Origin: a virus
Length of the DNA: 64,000 nucleotides
Strand: one strand, 5' to 3'
Virus record (IMG/VR): IMGVR_UViG_3300023179_000012
In this document: piece after piece, positions 31,469 through 43,177 of the stretch
Layout: each line of letters begins with the position of its first letter
How positions within the stretch are numbered: position 1 is the stretch's first letter
Notes under the pieces: model-generated
Seen by the model: the letters and a program-made list of their open reading frames with translations, nothing else
The model's database searches: none
Told to the model about the DNA's origin: nothing
Translations under genes and position numbers: made by a program

Positions 31469-32155
31469 TTATCTTAATGTAGATTTGAATCTACCAATAA
31501 TTGAGCCTTGATATGTTAATGGAGGATTCCACCAATACACTTTATGATTATGCAAGAAATGTTGTGCGGACAACTCCCAATCTGAGACTAAATTAAAAGG
31601 AAACCATGTGGAAGATAAATCTTCTACTGTTTTATATCTTAGTAAAGTAGAAGCACCGCCTCTAGATGATGGATTGGGTTTTAGATAGTATTTATTTATA
31701 TTTGGAATTTGTTTGGTCAAACTTGGAAAATCATTAAAATAAATAGCATCCCAATGATCTGGAGTTTGAGATAAATTAGAAAAGAAAAGATTCTCAAAAT
31801 CTTCACAAAGTATCACATCATCTTCAAAAATAATACAATAGTCAAAATTATGAGATAGTAATTCTTTAAATACCATACCAAATTTAATGGTTACAGAAAT
31901 TTCAGCAATAGTTAGTATTGGTTTATGATGCCTTAATCCTTTGTTGCCCCATAAACTAACCTTTTGATTCCACTTATTTGGATTAGACTGTTTAGGTTGA
32001 TATAACTTATTAATAAGTTCTCCGGTCAACTCATTTTGATCGTAGTTTTCATAAAAAGTATAGTCTGTAAAATTATATTGGTTTAGTTGCTGGATTACAG
32101 ATTGTTTTCTAGACTTTAAACGCTTATAATGTAAAATTATAGTTTTTGGTAACAT
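31469..32155 (-). CDS. glycosyltransferase family 25-like
   Basis: IILHYKRLKSRK...YCIIFEDDVIL. Confidence 0.75.
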   Translation of the reverse strand: MLPKTIILHYKRLKSRKQSVIQQLNQYNFTDYTFYENYDQNELTGELINKLYQPKQSNPNKWNQKVSLWGNKGLRHHKPILTIAEISVTIKFGMVFKELLSHNFDYCIIFEDDVILCEDFENLFFSNLSQTPDHWDAIYFNDFPSLTKQIPNINKYYLKPNPSSRGGASTLLRYKTVEDLSSTWFPFNLVSDWELSAQHFLHNHKVYWWNPPLTYQGSIIGRFKSTLR

Positions 32156-32522
32156 TATTAGTAAAAATTATTCCCTTATTTTTTTTCACCAGCATGGGAT
32201 GGTCAAATTTTACTATATTACTAACTACCCATCCATATTTACACTTATCTGGATTCCAGCCATAAAATTTATCATCTTCTTTTACTCTGTGTCTATTATA
32301 GTCAGAAAGCCACAGTCTTTTATCTGTATAAAGAAAACTATGACTAAAAGTAATTGTGCCAATAATACGAGATTTAAATTGACCATTTTTCCCAGGAGTT
32401 TCAATCAATGCTAATTCCACCCCCTCATACTTTATGGGTAGTGGATAGGATCGTGTCTCAACACTTTTAGTGCCATCTATTAAAAGACGCGACCAAGGAA
32501 TCTGAATGTTTAAACCAGTCAA
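32124..32522 (-). CDS. ASCH-domain protein
   Basis: GLNIQIPWSRLLIDGTKSVETRSY. Confidence 0.8.
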   Translation of the reverse strand: MTGLNIQIPWSRLLIDGTKSVETRSYPLPIKYEGVELALIETPGKNGQFKSRIIGTITFSHSFLYTDKRLWLSDYNRHRVKEDDKFYGWNPDKCKYGWVVSNIVKFDHPMLVKKNKGIIFTNNVTKNYNFTL

Positions 32523-33161
32523 TTAATTGTCCTCTGGAGGTTCTGGAGCAACCATCCAATGAGTAACAAATTTAAGAGTTGGATACGGTTGTAATCCGGC
32601 GGGATCATCTTCTAGATATGCTATCATATCCACATATTTGTTATCATTTATATTTCTACAGACGATGAATCTGCCTACTGGTGGTAGTGGATATTCTTTT
32701 ATTGATTTCCATTCCTTATTCATATATTAAAGTCCAGCATTTCATTACCATCTTCATCCTCATATCCGTAGGTCATATTCTCAATAATTCCACGGATTCT
32801 TTCGTTATAGGTTTCTTCATCAACGCTTTCCAACCAACCATCAAGAAGTTCATAGGCAATTTCTCTGTGCATAGCGTTCTTGAATTCTATAGGCCAATCT
32901 TTTTCTTTAAAGATTTGACGAATTTGATACGCAGTATATTCATCAAAAATATTTGACATAATTTACTCCTTATATAATCCAACTGTCAGATCATCTTTGG
33001 TATAGTTTTCATTACGATTATATGCTGGAAAATTTCCATGAAAAAGAGGATCAATCATCTTAATAAAATTATCAGTATATTCAGCACCAATCCAAAAATC
33101 ATCAAAGACTTTAACTTTTTCCACACTATTATTACGAACCACAACAAAAACCCAATTCATA

Positions 33162-33347
33162 TCAAGTCTCCAAAAATTTGTTGATGAAATCGGCCAAGCC
33201 CTTGAGTTCTTCTCTGGACATTTTGAATCTCATAACATCCCAAGAAATAGCATTACAAATCTCAAGATCAACAGAATCTTGATTCTTTTCAAGATCAAAT
33301 CTGAAAACATCAGCCTTGTAAAAGTCTGCTTTGATAAGATCGTTCAT
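33162..33347 (-). CDS. small protein, GLADFI paralog family
   Basis: C-terminus SREELKGLADFINKFL. Confidence 0.65.
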   Translation of the reverse strand: MNDLIKADFYKADVFRFDLEKNQDSVDLEICNAISWDVMRFKMSREELKGLADFINKFLET

Positions 33348-34149
33348 ATTGTAACCTCAATATGCCACTTATTACCATGAAGTTCAGCAACAACTCCCAT
33401 ATTCAATTTAACCAGTTCGGATACAATTTCCGCCAATCTTTGAGTTTCGTTAATATAAAGATAAATCATTTGGCATCCTCATGGAAAGAGTTATCAAAAC
33501 TCTGAAAAAGACCATCAACTTCGTCCACAGTCCAAGGATAATTGGGACTATCGTTTTCGTAATGCTTCAAATGTTCGCTCAAACATTCAAGAGCATCCAA
33601 AATCATTGTCATATCATGTTTTTCAATGTAGTAGTTCACAAATTTCTCCAATGGGTAAGCCGTTAGTATACTACGTTATCGTCAGTTGTCAAGAGCAACT
33701 AAAAAGAAAGTGGCGACAACTTTTAATTCACGTCATATTTTCTCCAGAAGATATGTGCTTGACATTTTGGACAAACATAGTTCCATTTTTTAGGGCCACA
33801 AATATGGCAAACTGTACGATAAAGTTTAAACATTCAGCAAATTCTCCTTTTAGATAGTCACAATAAGATTCTAAGTCTACTACTTTCAAGTGTCGTTGTT
33901 TGTATTCTGATTTGGTCATTTAGATAATATCCGCCTCCATAAAATCCATATCCAGATATAGTTCGTCCCAATCTGCCTGAGTAACATTTCCCACTACCAA
34001 ATAATTATCATCCTTAGAATAGTCTTGATTTCTATCATACTTAATATAAAAACCCTCAGACTCATCAGACTTCATCTGATTAAGATCAATAACCAGTTCG
34101 TTAGCCTCTTTATAGCCAGTAACATTACTAAAGCACTTAATAAGACTCA

Positions 34150-34362
34150 TCATTTTTCTCCAATGGTTTTGTAAATAAAATCGGCCAAACCCCTTAGATT
34201 ATCTCTGGTGGTTTGAAAAGCCACACAACTATCGTTACGATCATTGTAGACGGAAACATAACAAGAACACCCACCTTGCATAAACATTTCTACACTAATA
34301 TCTTTATCAATAGTATACTGAGGATTATCAATGCTCATCATATAATCATCTTTCATACTCAT
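34150..34362 (-). CDS. small protein, GLADFI paralog family
   Basis: C-terminus TRDNLRGLADFIYKTI. Confidence 0.65.
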   Translation of the reverse strand: MSMKDDYMMSIDNPQYTIDKDISVEMFMQGGCSCYVSVYNDRNDSCVAFQTTRDNLRGLADFIYKTIGEK

Positions 34363-34532
34363 TTATTGTCCTTTCAATTAATATTAGTAGTTCGTCATAG
34401 TCCAATTTATCTGCTCTAGACTCGTAAGGAAACTCATGCCAATTATAAATTCTGATTAGATACGGATTTTTCTTTAGACTTTGATTATAATGAACTTCCA
34501 CAAGATAACCATTGTAGTCCATTTCGCCTAAT

Positions 34533-34736
34533 TTAGTTGGTATCATTCTTGTCAATAACTTTATAAATAAAATCGGCTAAACCCCTAAGTTCCTCCCTAT
34601 TCAAAGGAGCATGAGCAAATTTGCTACTAAGAATCAAATCATAAGGATAGTCTTTGAGTTTATCACTTTTTCGCTCATAGTTCTTACTAACGTGCAAAAC
34701 AAAATGGTCGCCACGAAAAGTAGACAACTGTTTCAT
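34533..34736 (-). CDS. small protein, GLADFI paralog family
   Basis: C-terminus NREELRGLADFIYKVI. Confidence 0.65.
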   Translation of the reverse strand: MKQLSTFRGDHFVLHVSKNYERKSDKLKDYPYDLILSSKFAHAPLNREELRGLADFIYKVIDKNDTN

Positions 34737-35050
34737 TTCTTAACCTTTTTCTGTGATAGTCTTGTTTCGCTTTTTCTTGACTGAGGTGCTTTAGGAATGA
34801 TATTATCAATATTCCTATTAAAATCCCTAGTTCTTTTAACCAGTTCTTTTCCAACATTCAATTTCTTTTTAGGCTTAGGTTTTTCGTACTTAACACAAAA
34901 AACATCCATTTCTTCAATATAAGCATTACGCCAGTAGTTATCATAAGATTCTAAATACGATTCTGCTACTTCTCTCGAAATGCAAATCATTTCTAGTTCT
35001 TCCCTAATACTACCAGCACCATGTTCAGAAAATATAGCATAAACTTTCAT
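34733..35050 (-). CDS. hypothetical protein
   Basis: 105-aa ORF. Confidence 0.5.
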   Translation of the reverse strand: MKVYAIFSEHGAGSIREELEMICISREVAESYLESYDNYWRNAYIEEMDVFCVKYEKPKPKKKLNVGKELVKRTRDFNRNIDNIIPKAPQSRKSETRLSQKKVKK

Positions 35051-35559
35051 TTGTTTTTTCGCTTTTCTTTAATCTCGTATTCTTCTTGGCTTAAATATCT
35101 TTGAGTTTTTATATCAAATGAAGAAAACTGTCCCATTCCCAAACATTCACCACAACTTGTTTTTTCCATTTTCGGCCCAGCAGCACCATATTCTTGAAGA
35201 AAAATTTGGTATTGATTTTCGGCTTTGTCGCAATAAGAATAAGCATCACCGTGTTCTAGTTTAACACACTCTTTGCATTTGTCAACCATTAAGTGTTTAT
35301 TCAAATAAAGTTGAACTTTAGCCATAAACATTGTTCGATTAACATCTTCAACTCTTTCGCCGGTTCCTTTACAGTATATGCAAGTTAATAGATGATCTTG
35401 ATATTTTTGATTATAGTATGCTTCTAGCCTCTTTTGTTTTAGATAATCGTACAGATTGTATTTGTCCCAATATGCAGGGAATAAAATTATAGCAATAATC
35501 AGAGCGATTGTAGAAATAAACGCTAAGTATTCTGTAAAAGTCCAGTTCATATTTTTCAT
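35047..35559 (-). CDS. membrane-anchored protein with DnaJ-type zinc finger
   Basis: N-terminal TM segment; CIYCKGTG and CGECLGMG repeats. Confidence 0.6.
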   Translation of the reverse strand: MKNMNWTFTEYLAFISTIALIIAIILFPAYWDKYNLYDYLKQKRLEAYYNQKYQDHLLTCIYCKGTGERVEDVNRTMFMAKVQLYLNKHLMVDKCKECVKLEHGDAYSYCDKAENQYQIFLQEYGAAGPKMEKTSCGECLGMGQFSSFDIKTQRYLSQEEYEIKEKRKNK

Positions 35560-36364
35560 TCTGGTTTCTCCACCAATTTAACAACACTTCCATCCTTAAA
35601 TTTAATTTCAATCCAAGTTTTCCAAGGACTATTAAATCCAGTATAATGTATAGTATACACTCCCACTATAGGACAGGTTTTCTTGCCCAATCGCCCCATT
35701 AGATAATTAATTAGTTGATTCATTCCTGTTCCTTGTTTTGTTTCTTATGATATTCTATACCAGATTCAAATCCAGCCGCAAAATAATTAAAAGAATTTGG
35801 TACACTCTTATACCATCCTTCCCCAAGCCATATTGGTTGTATATTTTTTTGACACTGTTCGTATTGACTAGTTAAGAATTCTATAAACTCTTGTTTAATC
35901 ATACTTTCAAGAATATCTTTAGTGATAATAGTATCTTCTATCTGTTGTTTAGAGAATTTCATTTTGTATCAAGGCCCATATTTACCATCGCTAAATCCCT
36001 CCTTATACCCATCATCATATGCTGTTTCTATAACTATTCTGAGTAATGCCAACAATTCTTTAGGAATAGTTAGATTTTTGTTTCTTACAAATATTTGATT
36101 AATATTGTGTTTTTCGATCCAATTCTCAAATTCTTTATTATTCATTTTTGGACAATTTCTTATAAGTTAATGGAGTAGGATGTTGTTTTCGTTCTGTGGC
36201 CGCAACTAATTCTCCGTCCTCGTTCATTACTGGTTTAGTTTTACCATTTTCTATAATTAGATGAAATGCCTCGCCAGTTTCAGTATCCGCCCAAACTACC
36301 CAATTTAATGGATTACCATGAGCATCAAAAACAGAATATGAACAATGTTCGGGAACTTTAAGTA

Positions 36365-37186
36365 TCATTTTTTCTCTGGTTGATTCACAGAAGTAATGAA
36401 ATTCTCAAGATTTTGAATATAATCTACTAATTCTGGAATAGTATTTAAATATCCATGTCTAATAACAGCACTATACATATTAATATTTTTTGCCCCTTCA
36501 ATATCCCCAAATGTTGGATTAGCAGTAACCATCAATGTTTCTGTTGGCTTAAAATTTGTGTCTTTTTCTATGGTCTTATAAGCATCAAAATGAGGTTTGT
36601 ACACTTTGTGTTTATTTAAGTTAATAATATAGTTCCAATAAATATTGTTAGATTCTGATATGGTTTTAATTAAATCATAAGAACCATTGCTTAATGCTAC
36701 ACAATAATATCCATTATCTTGCAAGAGTTTTATTCCTGCTGCACTATCTTCGTGGGCCGTTAAAGCATACCAACTATTAGGGAAAGAGTATGGAGAAAAA
36801 TCTTTTTTATTTACATGATCTACATAGTCTTGTATTTCTGTTCTGGATATATTGCTCATATCGAAAACAGTACCAAAACAATCAAAAGCAATACATTGAA
36901 TCATTTCTTTCACCCCCCAACTATCTAAAGTAATTGGTTGACCATTTTCATCAAGACCAAGTATGGGCCTAGCATAATTCCATGCCTTATAGTCTAAATG
37001 ATGCTTCCATCTATTGTCTGGTAAATTATTTTCATCCATCCATTGTTTATATGCTGTATGAGCGGCATGACTGGACTTGAATCGTTCAATTAGAGTAAAT
37101 TCAAAAGTATCAGTACGACGAATAATATCAGCCCCATAAACCAGTTCGTTCCCTTGTGGTTGGCCGTATTTCTCAGAGTATTTCAT
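36365..37186 (-). CDS. HAD-superfamily hydrolase (haloacid dehalogenase type II-like) with about 95-aa N-terminal extension
   Basis: FDCFGTVFD, LSNG, YKPH, GDIEGAKNINM. Confidence 0.8.
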   Translation of the reverse strand: MKYSEKYGQPQGNELVYGADIIRRTDTFEFTLIERFKSSHAAHTAYKQWMDENNLPDNRWKHHLDYKAWNYARPILGLDENGQPITLDSWGVKEMIQCIAFDCFGTVFDMSNISRTEIQDYVDHVNKKDFSPYSFPNSWYALTAHEDSAAGIKLLQDNGYYCVALSNGSYDLIKTISESNNIYWNYIINLNKHKVYKPHFDAYKTIEKDTNFKPTETLMVTANPTFGDIEGAKNINMYSAVIRHGYLNTIPELVDYIQNLENFITSVNQPEKK

Positions 37187-37555
37187 TTAACAATAATCCT
37201 TACATTTTAAATGAATATTGTGATTATAATCATAATTGTGTTTTTTGCTAATTGTTTCAACGATATCAATAGATTTATAGTAGTTTGAATCAAGAAGTTT
37301 AGAAGATATGAGATTCAAAAGTAATTTTGGTCTTAGAGACTCGCAAATGATTTCATAAGCATAATCTTCTTTGTTAATAGTTCCAAATCCATAAACACAA
37401 AAATATTTATCTGAACTTGGTAGTTCATCAGTAAATACTTGTAAATCTCGTATAGATGATAAATGTGTAGTGGATGATTCAAAAGATTGAATTCTTTTAT
37501 TAAAACCATCAATAAATGCGTTAGCCGCACTTTCATAATCTCTATAAATGGTCAT
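37187..37555 (-). CDS. hypothetical protein
   Basis: 122-aa ORF. Confidence 0.5.
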   Translation of the reverse strand: MTIYRDYESAANAFIDGFNKRIQSFESSTTHLSSIRDLQVFTDELPSSDKYFCVYGFGTINKEDYAYEIICESLRPKLLLNLISSKLLDSNYYKSIDIVETISKKHNYDYNHNIHLKCKDYC

Positions 37556-37767
37556 TGGTTTCTTTCCACTAATTTTTCAATTCCACCAACAGGCCCATTA
37601 ACTATCTCCATCATTACTTTATTACATTCTAAAATATCTTGATAAATAGTTACCATTTCTTCATAGTTTTCAAATCTAGAAGATAAGCGAAGTTTGCCCA
37701 ATTTTTTTAGACTGTCTAACTGTTCATTTAGTACGGTTTTAATATCGTCAATATCTTCTTTGTTCAT
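37552..37767 (-). CDS. small protein, paralog of 40651..40896
   Basis: DIDDIK..L.EQLDSL..LGK.RL...Y.DILECNKVMMEI shared. Confidence 0.7.
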   Translation of the reverse strand: MNKEDIDDIKTVLNEQLDSLKKLGKLRLSSRFENYEEMVTIYQDILECNKVMMEIVNGPVGGIEKLVERNQ

Positions 37768-39381
37768 TTATTTTCCTCCAACCATTCATAGAAAACCTTA
37801 TTAGCCTCAAGATAACTATCGAAGTAAGCCACTTTCTTAAACTTAAAAGGCCCAATCATTCTTAAAATTAGTCGCCCGGGCATATAATTCTTGTTGTTTA
37901 CTCATCTTTTAAGAAGCCTTCGTTTATTTTAACTCTGATACCATCAGTATGAAATATACTAAAATCCGTTTGATATAATGGAAGATTAACTCCAATAACT
38001 TTATTGGTTTTTCCGCATCTAACCAAACTAATATCAGCACCTTCTCCCGGTATCCATTCACCATAAGTAGCAGCAGTAGTATCTAACAATAGTTCTATTC
38101 TATCATTTTCTTTGTCTATCCATAAAGATGCACAAGGCTTATATCTTGTTGCTTCTTTTATCCAAGAGTCCCAATCAAAATTATCCATTATCATAAACCT
38201 TTTCTTTACTTACTAAAATCTCGTCGTTTTTATATTTTTGATTAAATTGTTCATCATCCCAACAAAATTCTTTTTGACAAACTTTCATCAAAAAACTCTT
38301 ATTGGGTTTATGATTGGTATATAAAGTATCACCAGTGCTAGTATCAACAACCACATAAATAAATTTGTTTTTCATAGACTTCCTTTTTGTATTGAAAATG
38401 CCCCAATTATCTGACGTTGAAACCCTAAAATACGGGAAACAGAGGTCAAGGACATTACCTCCCGGCGATCAACCCGGTGGTGACTGTTAGTTCAGTTCTT
38501 CTCCAGTATTATACTCAATTACCGGCTTTTTACAAGCCTCTATCATTCTTTCTAGGTTCCACTGCAACCCCTCTAAATCATCAGATATTGGATGAGCCAA
38601 ACTTTCAGAAATATTAACAATATCCCCGTTTTCATCACAATAAATCTCATGAATACCGTAACTAATATCAGTATCTCCAAGAGGAATTTTAGTTACCGTT
38701 TTTACTACTCTATAAGACCAAGACATTACTCTATCTCCAAAATATTTATATACAATTCGGTAGTTAATATATCAACATCCTCAATCTCGTCTTCTGAAAA
38801 CATATCGTACAGATTTGCTCTAGAAAACTCACTAATATCACCAATATGAGTTGGCGATTCAATATCATTAGTATTTTTCCAAAACTTTAATTGTTGTTCA
38901 AGAAATTCTATAACTTTAAGTTGTTTGTTTGAGGGTTTCATTTTTAGAATCTTTTGATTGTTGTGAACTAAAAACTAGATACAGATTTGCCAGATCATCA
39001 AGAGAATAACCTTTATTATGACGTATTCCCCAGTTTGTCTTATCTTTCATATTTTTGTGCATAAGAGATAACGAATCTAGAATCATTTCATAAAAATACT
39101 TCTTTAGATTTTCTTGATCCACACTTATCGCTCTGAGTGCGGACTGAATCTTATCATGGTTTATACTCATATTATGTCTTTCTTTTGGGTAACTTTTTAG
39201 ATTCTACAGTAGGTTTGTTTTGTTCATTTATTTCTGGTAATTCCAAAGTATCAACCTCTGCTGATCTTATAGCATCAAGCATCTTATTCAAATGCTGTAG
39301 TCTCTCGACCAACTCCTGACCAACATTAGTTTGTTTATCGGTACTCATGGTAGTTGTAGTTTAACAGAAATTTTTCTTTTG

Positions 39382-39567
39382 TCAATCCGGTATTCCGCTC
39401 TCTAGTCTATATAACATAGCCTCTATTTGATCGTAGTTTTGCTCTATAATCATTTGTCGTGGAGTTTTATTGTAAAATGCCGGATTAGGAGAGTCCAACC
39501 AAGCATCAATAAATTCTTCTTGTACTATTCTTTTTAGTCTTTCTTTAAGTTTTTCTGTAGTTATCAT
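39382..39567 (-). CDS. stand-alone antitoxin Xre/MbcA/ParS C-terminal (DUF2384-like) domain
   Basis: AWLDSPNPAFYNKTPRQMI...QIEAMLYRLESG. Confidence 0.75.
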   Translation of the reverse strand: MITTEKLKERLKRIVQEEFIDAWLDSPNPAFYNKTPRQMIIEQNYDQIEAMLYRLESGIPD

Positions 39568-40101
39568 TGTAATCCTAATTCTTGATCTAAATCACTCAAT
39601 CGTTGTAATGCCGCTAATCTTTTCTTTTGGCTTCTATAAATATCTACTGACCTATTATGTAAATCAACAATGTATTCTGCTGTTTCTTTATCTATGCTAC
39701 CATCTGGAATAATATATTCAAACTCATCAACTCTTTCAGTTTCACCCACCTTATTTTTATAGAGTATCTTTTCTGTCGGCAGTATAATTCTGCACCAACA
39801 TTCTTCTCCAACATTACAGGTGGTTAATTTCCAGGGTACAGTTAAACTATAACTTTGGGCTTCATCGTAACTGTCAAATATTTTTTCGCTCATTTTGATA
39901 CCACAACAGTAACACCATCAAAAACAAACTTATCTAATGTATCAGTAATATACATCGGATGTTGAGTTGGTTTATTAATTACATGAAAGTGCATAATTAG
40001 TTCATTATCTAGTGATAGATTTTGCGACTCTTGAAGATATTTGGCAATAGCGACTTTTACATCTTCTACGGTCAAATCTATTTCGGTTTTGTTTTGTATT
40101 T

Positions 40102-40485
40102 TCATATTGGTTGTGTTCCATATAATTTTTCTGCAAACCATCTTGCACGATCTTTATCAGACGTTAGATTCAAATCCACGCTCTTTCGCTCATTGTAATC
40201 TAGTTTCCAGTATTTGTCAATAGCAAACTTTTCCCAAGTGGACAAATCATAATCAGTCATAGAATTTCTATAACTTGATGGCTTGTTTTCATCATACATA
40301 TGCTTAAAAACATCTCGTACAATAACAACTTTAGTATTACTATTAAGACTATCCCAGTTGTCACTAATCCAATCTTGAACTGCTCCCGGCACATAAGTAT
40401 GCCTACCTAAAGCGTACCTTAATGCTGCTGTAACCATAATACTTCCATTAGTATCACAATTGAATTTATTTTTTTTCGTTTTCAT
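40102..40485 (-). CDS. hypothetical protein
   Basis: ALRYALGRHTYVP motif common in phage hypotheticals. Confidence 0.5.
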   Translation of the reverse strand: MKTKKNKFNCDTNGSIMVTAALRYALGRHTYVPGAVQDWISDNWDSLNSNTKVVIVRDVFKHMYDENKPSSYRNSMTDYDLSTWEKFAIDKYWKLDYNERKSVDLNLTSDKDRARWFAEKLYGTQPI

Positions 40486-40650
40486 CAGCATAATCCTTAT
40501 ATAACTTATAATTCATTCCAGATACAAATCCACACTGAAAATAATAAAAGTCATTATCATTTCCTTCGTGGTCGCCATCCAACCACAATTCTCTTGCTAG
40601 TTTTTTAGCACTCTCATATCTTTCTCTGATAATATCTAGTTCATCTGAAC

Positions 40651-40896
40651 TCATATCATTCTTTCTACTGTTCCTCTTGGGCCTTCAATAATCTCCATCA
40701 TTACCTTATTACATTCCAGAATATCTTCATAAATAGTTCGCAATTGTTCGTAGCCTTCTAACTTAGGAGGTAATCGAAATTTACCCAACCTATTTAGGCT
40801 GTCCAACTGTTCTTTGAGAATAAATTTAATATCGTCAATATCTTGTTTATTCAGAGTTGTGGGTTCTTTTCCCATATTGGTATCTATTCTAGCCAT
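40651..40896 (-). CDS. small protein, paralog of 37552..37767
   Basis: Near-collinear similarity to 37552..37767. Confidence 0.7.
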   Translation of the reverse strand: MARIDTNMGKEPTTLNKQDIDDIKFILKEQLDSLNRLGKFRLPPKLEGYEQLRTIYEDILECNKVMMEIIEGPRGTVERMI

Positions 40897-41769
40897 TTGT
40901 TGCCCATTACTTCCCTATTTACCATAATTAAAGAATTGATTATTAGTTTTTAGGGGGTCGATTTGTCGCAAACGATTCAAAATAACGGTCAAATTTCTTG
41001 CTTCTGGAATGATTTTTTCATGTAGAGTATCACCAACAACCCTTTTCAAGAGGGCGATTTCTTTATCGGTCAACAATACATTTCTATACATAATTCACTA
41101 TACCTATTAAGAAAAATACCCGTACTACCAGTAACCAGTATACCAGAGTAACCACTGGTTGTCAACTGGGTTTATCGGCCATTTCCATTAGTGGCCTTTA
41201 ATCGTTTTTTCACCACCGGCATATTCAATAAGTAAAAATATGGCGATTTTTCTACCAAACAAGAATTATAAGGTAAAAAACCTACTGATTCGGTAGAGGC
41301 TGGGATTCTTGAGAGGTATAAACGGGGGTATTAAGGTTCTTGTGACCAAGACTCATATAGTATTCTACCACAAATTTACTAGTAAACATAGTAATTATTG
41401 TGAAAACTCCCACAATTATCATGCCTTTTATGAAAGGTTCGTGAAATTCATTGTTCATCATCAGTTTCTCCATATTCTTGGTATAAATAGATATAAAGAA
41501 TCATATAACAAATTATGCAGAGAGGAATGATAATGTGTCCATAATCTTTCATATATCCTAGATTGTAGTGACCCATAATTTGTTAACCTGTTAGTGTTCT
41601 ATTCGGGGTGAGAGGAATATTATTTTTGTTTATGTTCTTTATTGTCAATTCCAAAGTATTCTAATACTGATTTGCATGTGCCACAAGTTCCTTTTTTCTT
41701 TCGGTTCTTGTTACTATTATAATTACATTTGGCTTTGTGTTTTTTCTTATTTGATTTTGTCATAAAATT

Positions 41770-41809
41770 TCGCTGACTGTGACCATCAAATCCAAACCGA
41801 AAGGTTGGG
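41770..41809 (+). repeat. repeat family 2 (TCGCTGACT + hairpin), GAAA-loop variant
   Basis: TCGCTGACTGT...CCAAACC-GAAA-GGTTGGG. Confidence 0.7.
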
Positions 41810-42094
41810 CTGGAACAATATGAGATTATTCTGTATCTTTGTGTTCAAGTTTCGGAATCATGCTAGTATCATCATATGATATGCTTTTGATATCAATTAC
41901 AAGAACAGGAGTTTTGTCTGGACTACTCTGTTGAAATTTCTGAACTAAACTATTAATATCAGACAATATCTTTTCGCCGCTAATCCCCTTATTCAAAACA
42001 TAATATCTCATAAGACTTCATTATCTCGCTGACTACGACCAAAAAAACCAATCTTGGTATATAGGGTGATACAATTTCAAAGACCCTAAAAAAT

Positions 42095-42142
42095 TCGCTG
42101 ACTACAACCACCAGAACAAAATCCGTAGGATTGGGCGAGACT
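42095..42142 (+). repeat. repeat family 2
   Basis: TCGCTGACTA...AAATCC-GTA-GGATTGGGCGAGACT. Confidence 0.85.
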
Positions 42143-42725
42143 ATGATAAGTCATCTTTATAATCTTCCTCAAGAATTACAGAATAATTATCTTCCATAAA
42201 TTTAACATCATCATTACTCTGTTTCTCAATAAATGGTTTTTCTATAATCACATATTCTGGTTCAAAGAATATGGAATATAGTATGCAAGAGGTTCCAATT
42301 ATTGTTAGGATTATAATAACGGTTAACAGAGCCAATGTAGAGTCTTATGTTTAGGGGATAATGTCCTGATGTTCGAGTATTATAGATTGTATATATTCTT
42401 CGGTTGTTATGTAATTGTATTCCATAGTGCTTTTATTCTGATTTAGTTGACAATCAACAACTGGCATGGTATAGTGATGTTTGTTAATATGAATGTCCAA
42501 TGTTTTAACGTCGGGCAAACTTACTATAACCAATGGCCAAATATAGTTATTGATTATCATAGAATCATGATGGCGAGCAACAATGAATCTGTTGAATACC
42601 AGCCGCGATTCCAAAACCAAAAGCAATGAAAAATGCTACGGCCAAAACGATCTCCTTAAAATGGTTTACTACTACTTCGAATCCACCACACTCACCCGTA
42701 TTGTAACATACGCGGCGTTGTGACG

Positions 42726-42750
42726 CAACTCCTTGGTTCATAAGGACTTA
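42726..42750. repeat. solitary 25-bp palindrome of the 78-bp element family
   Basis: CAACTCCTT-GGTTCAT-AAGGACTTA, preceded by a GC-core spacer; no left partner. Confidence 0.7.
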
Positions 42751-42976
42751 CAATCACGATCCTCAATCAAAATTTTTTATTAAGATGGTTTTCGTCCTTG
42801 ACAACCACTGGTTTCTCTAATACTCTTATGCAGAGAGTTAAGTAACACTATAGAGATAAGAAGTACAATAGATACAATATAGAGTATTATAGAATCTATG
42901 TATCTTACATCAACTCTAACACCACCAACTTGACAACTCTCCTCCCTGCATTACTATAAATCACACTCACAGTTGG

Positions 42977-43177
42977 TTAGATTTTAGTCAAATCCAAATT
43001 CCAGTTTTTCTTGGCAAACCGTTTTAGAGGATGCAAACCTTTTTCACCAACATGAAATGAATAAAATTCTTTACTCTTGTCAGGATGATAAATTTTTGCA
43101 AGGCTACCTCCATTACTATATTCAATATTATAGCCTAGTTTTTCTAATTGTTTCAGTACTTGATGAACATTTTTCAT
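42977..43177 (-). CDS. HicA/YcfA-like small protein
   Basis: VLKQLEKLGY...GGSLAKIYHP...FH pattern; canonical GSH replaced by GSL. Confidence 0.45.
   Translation of the reverse strand: MKNVHQVLKQLEKLGYNIEYSNGGSLAKIYHPDKSKEFYSFHVGEKGLHPLKRFAKKNWNLDLTKI

Noticed and set aside
38420-38490. GC-rich intergenic patch with two small hairpins, possible riboswitch
   Set aside because: No recognisable aptamer consensus (for example no preQ1 A-rich tail); could be a terminator or a tiny ORF.
42026-42060. Seventh copy of repeat family 2
   Set aside because: Has TCGCTGACTA but lacks the GNA hairpin at the conserved distance; treated as a partial remnant.
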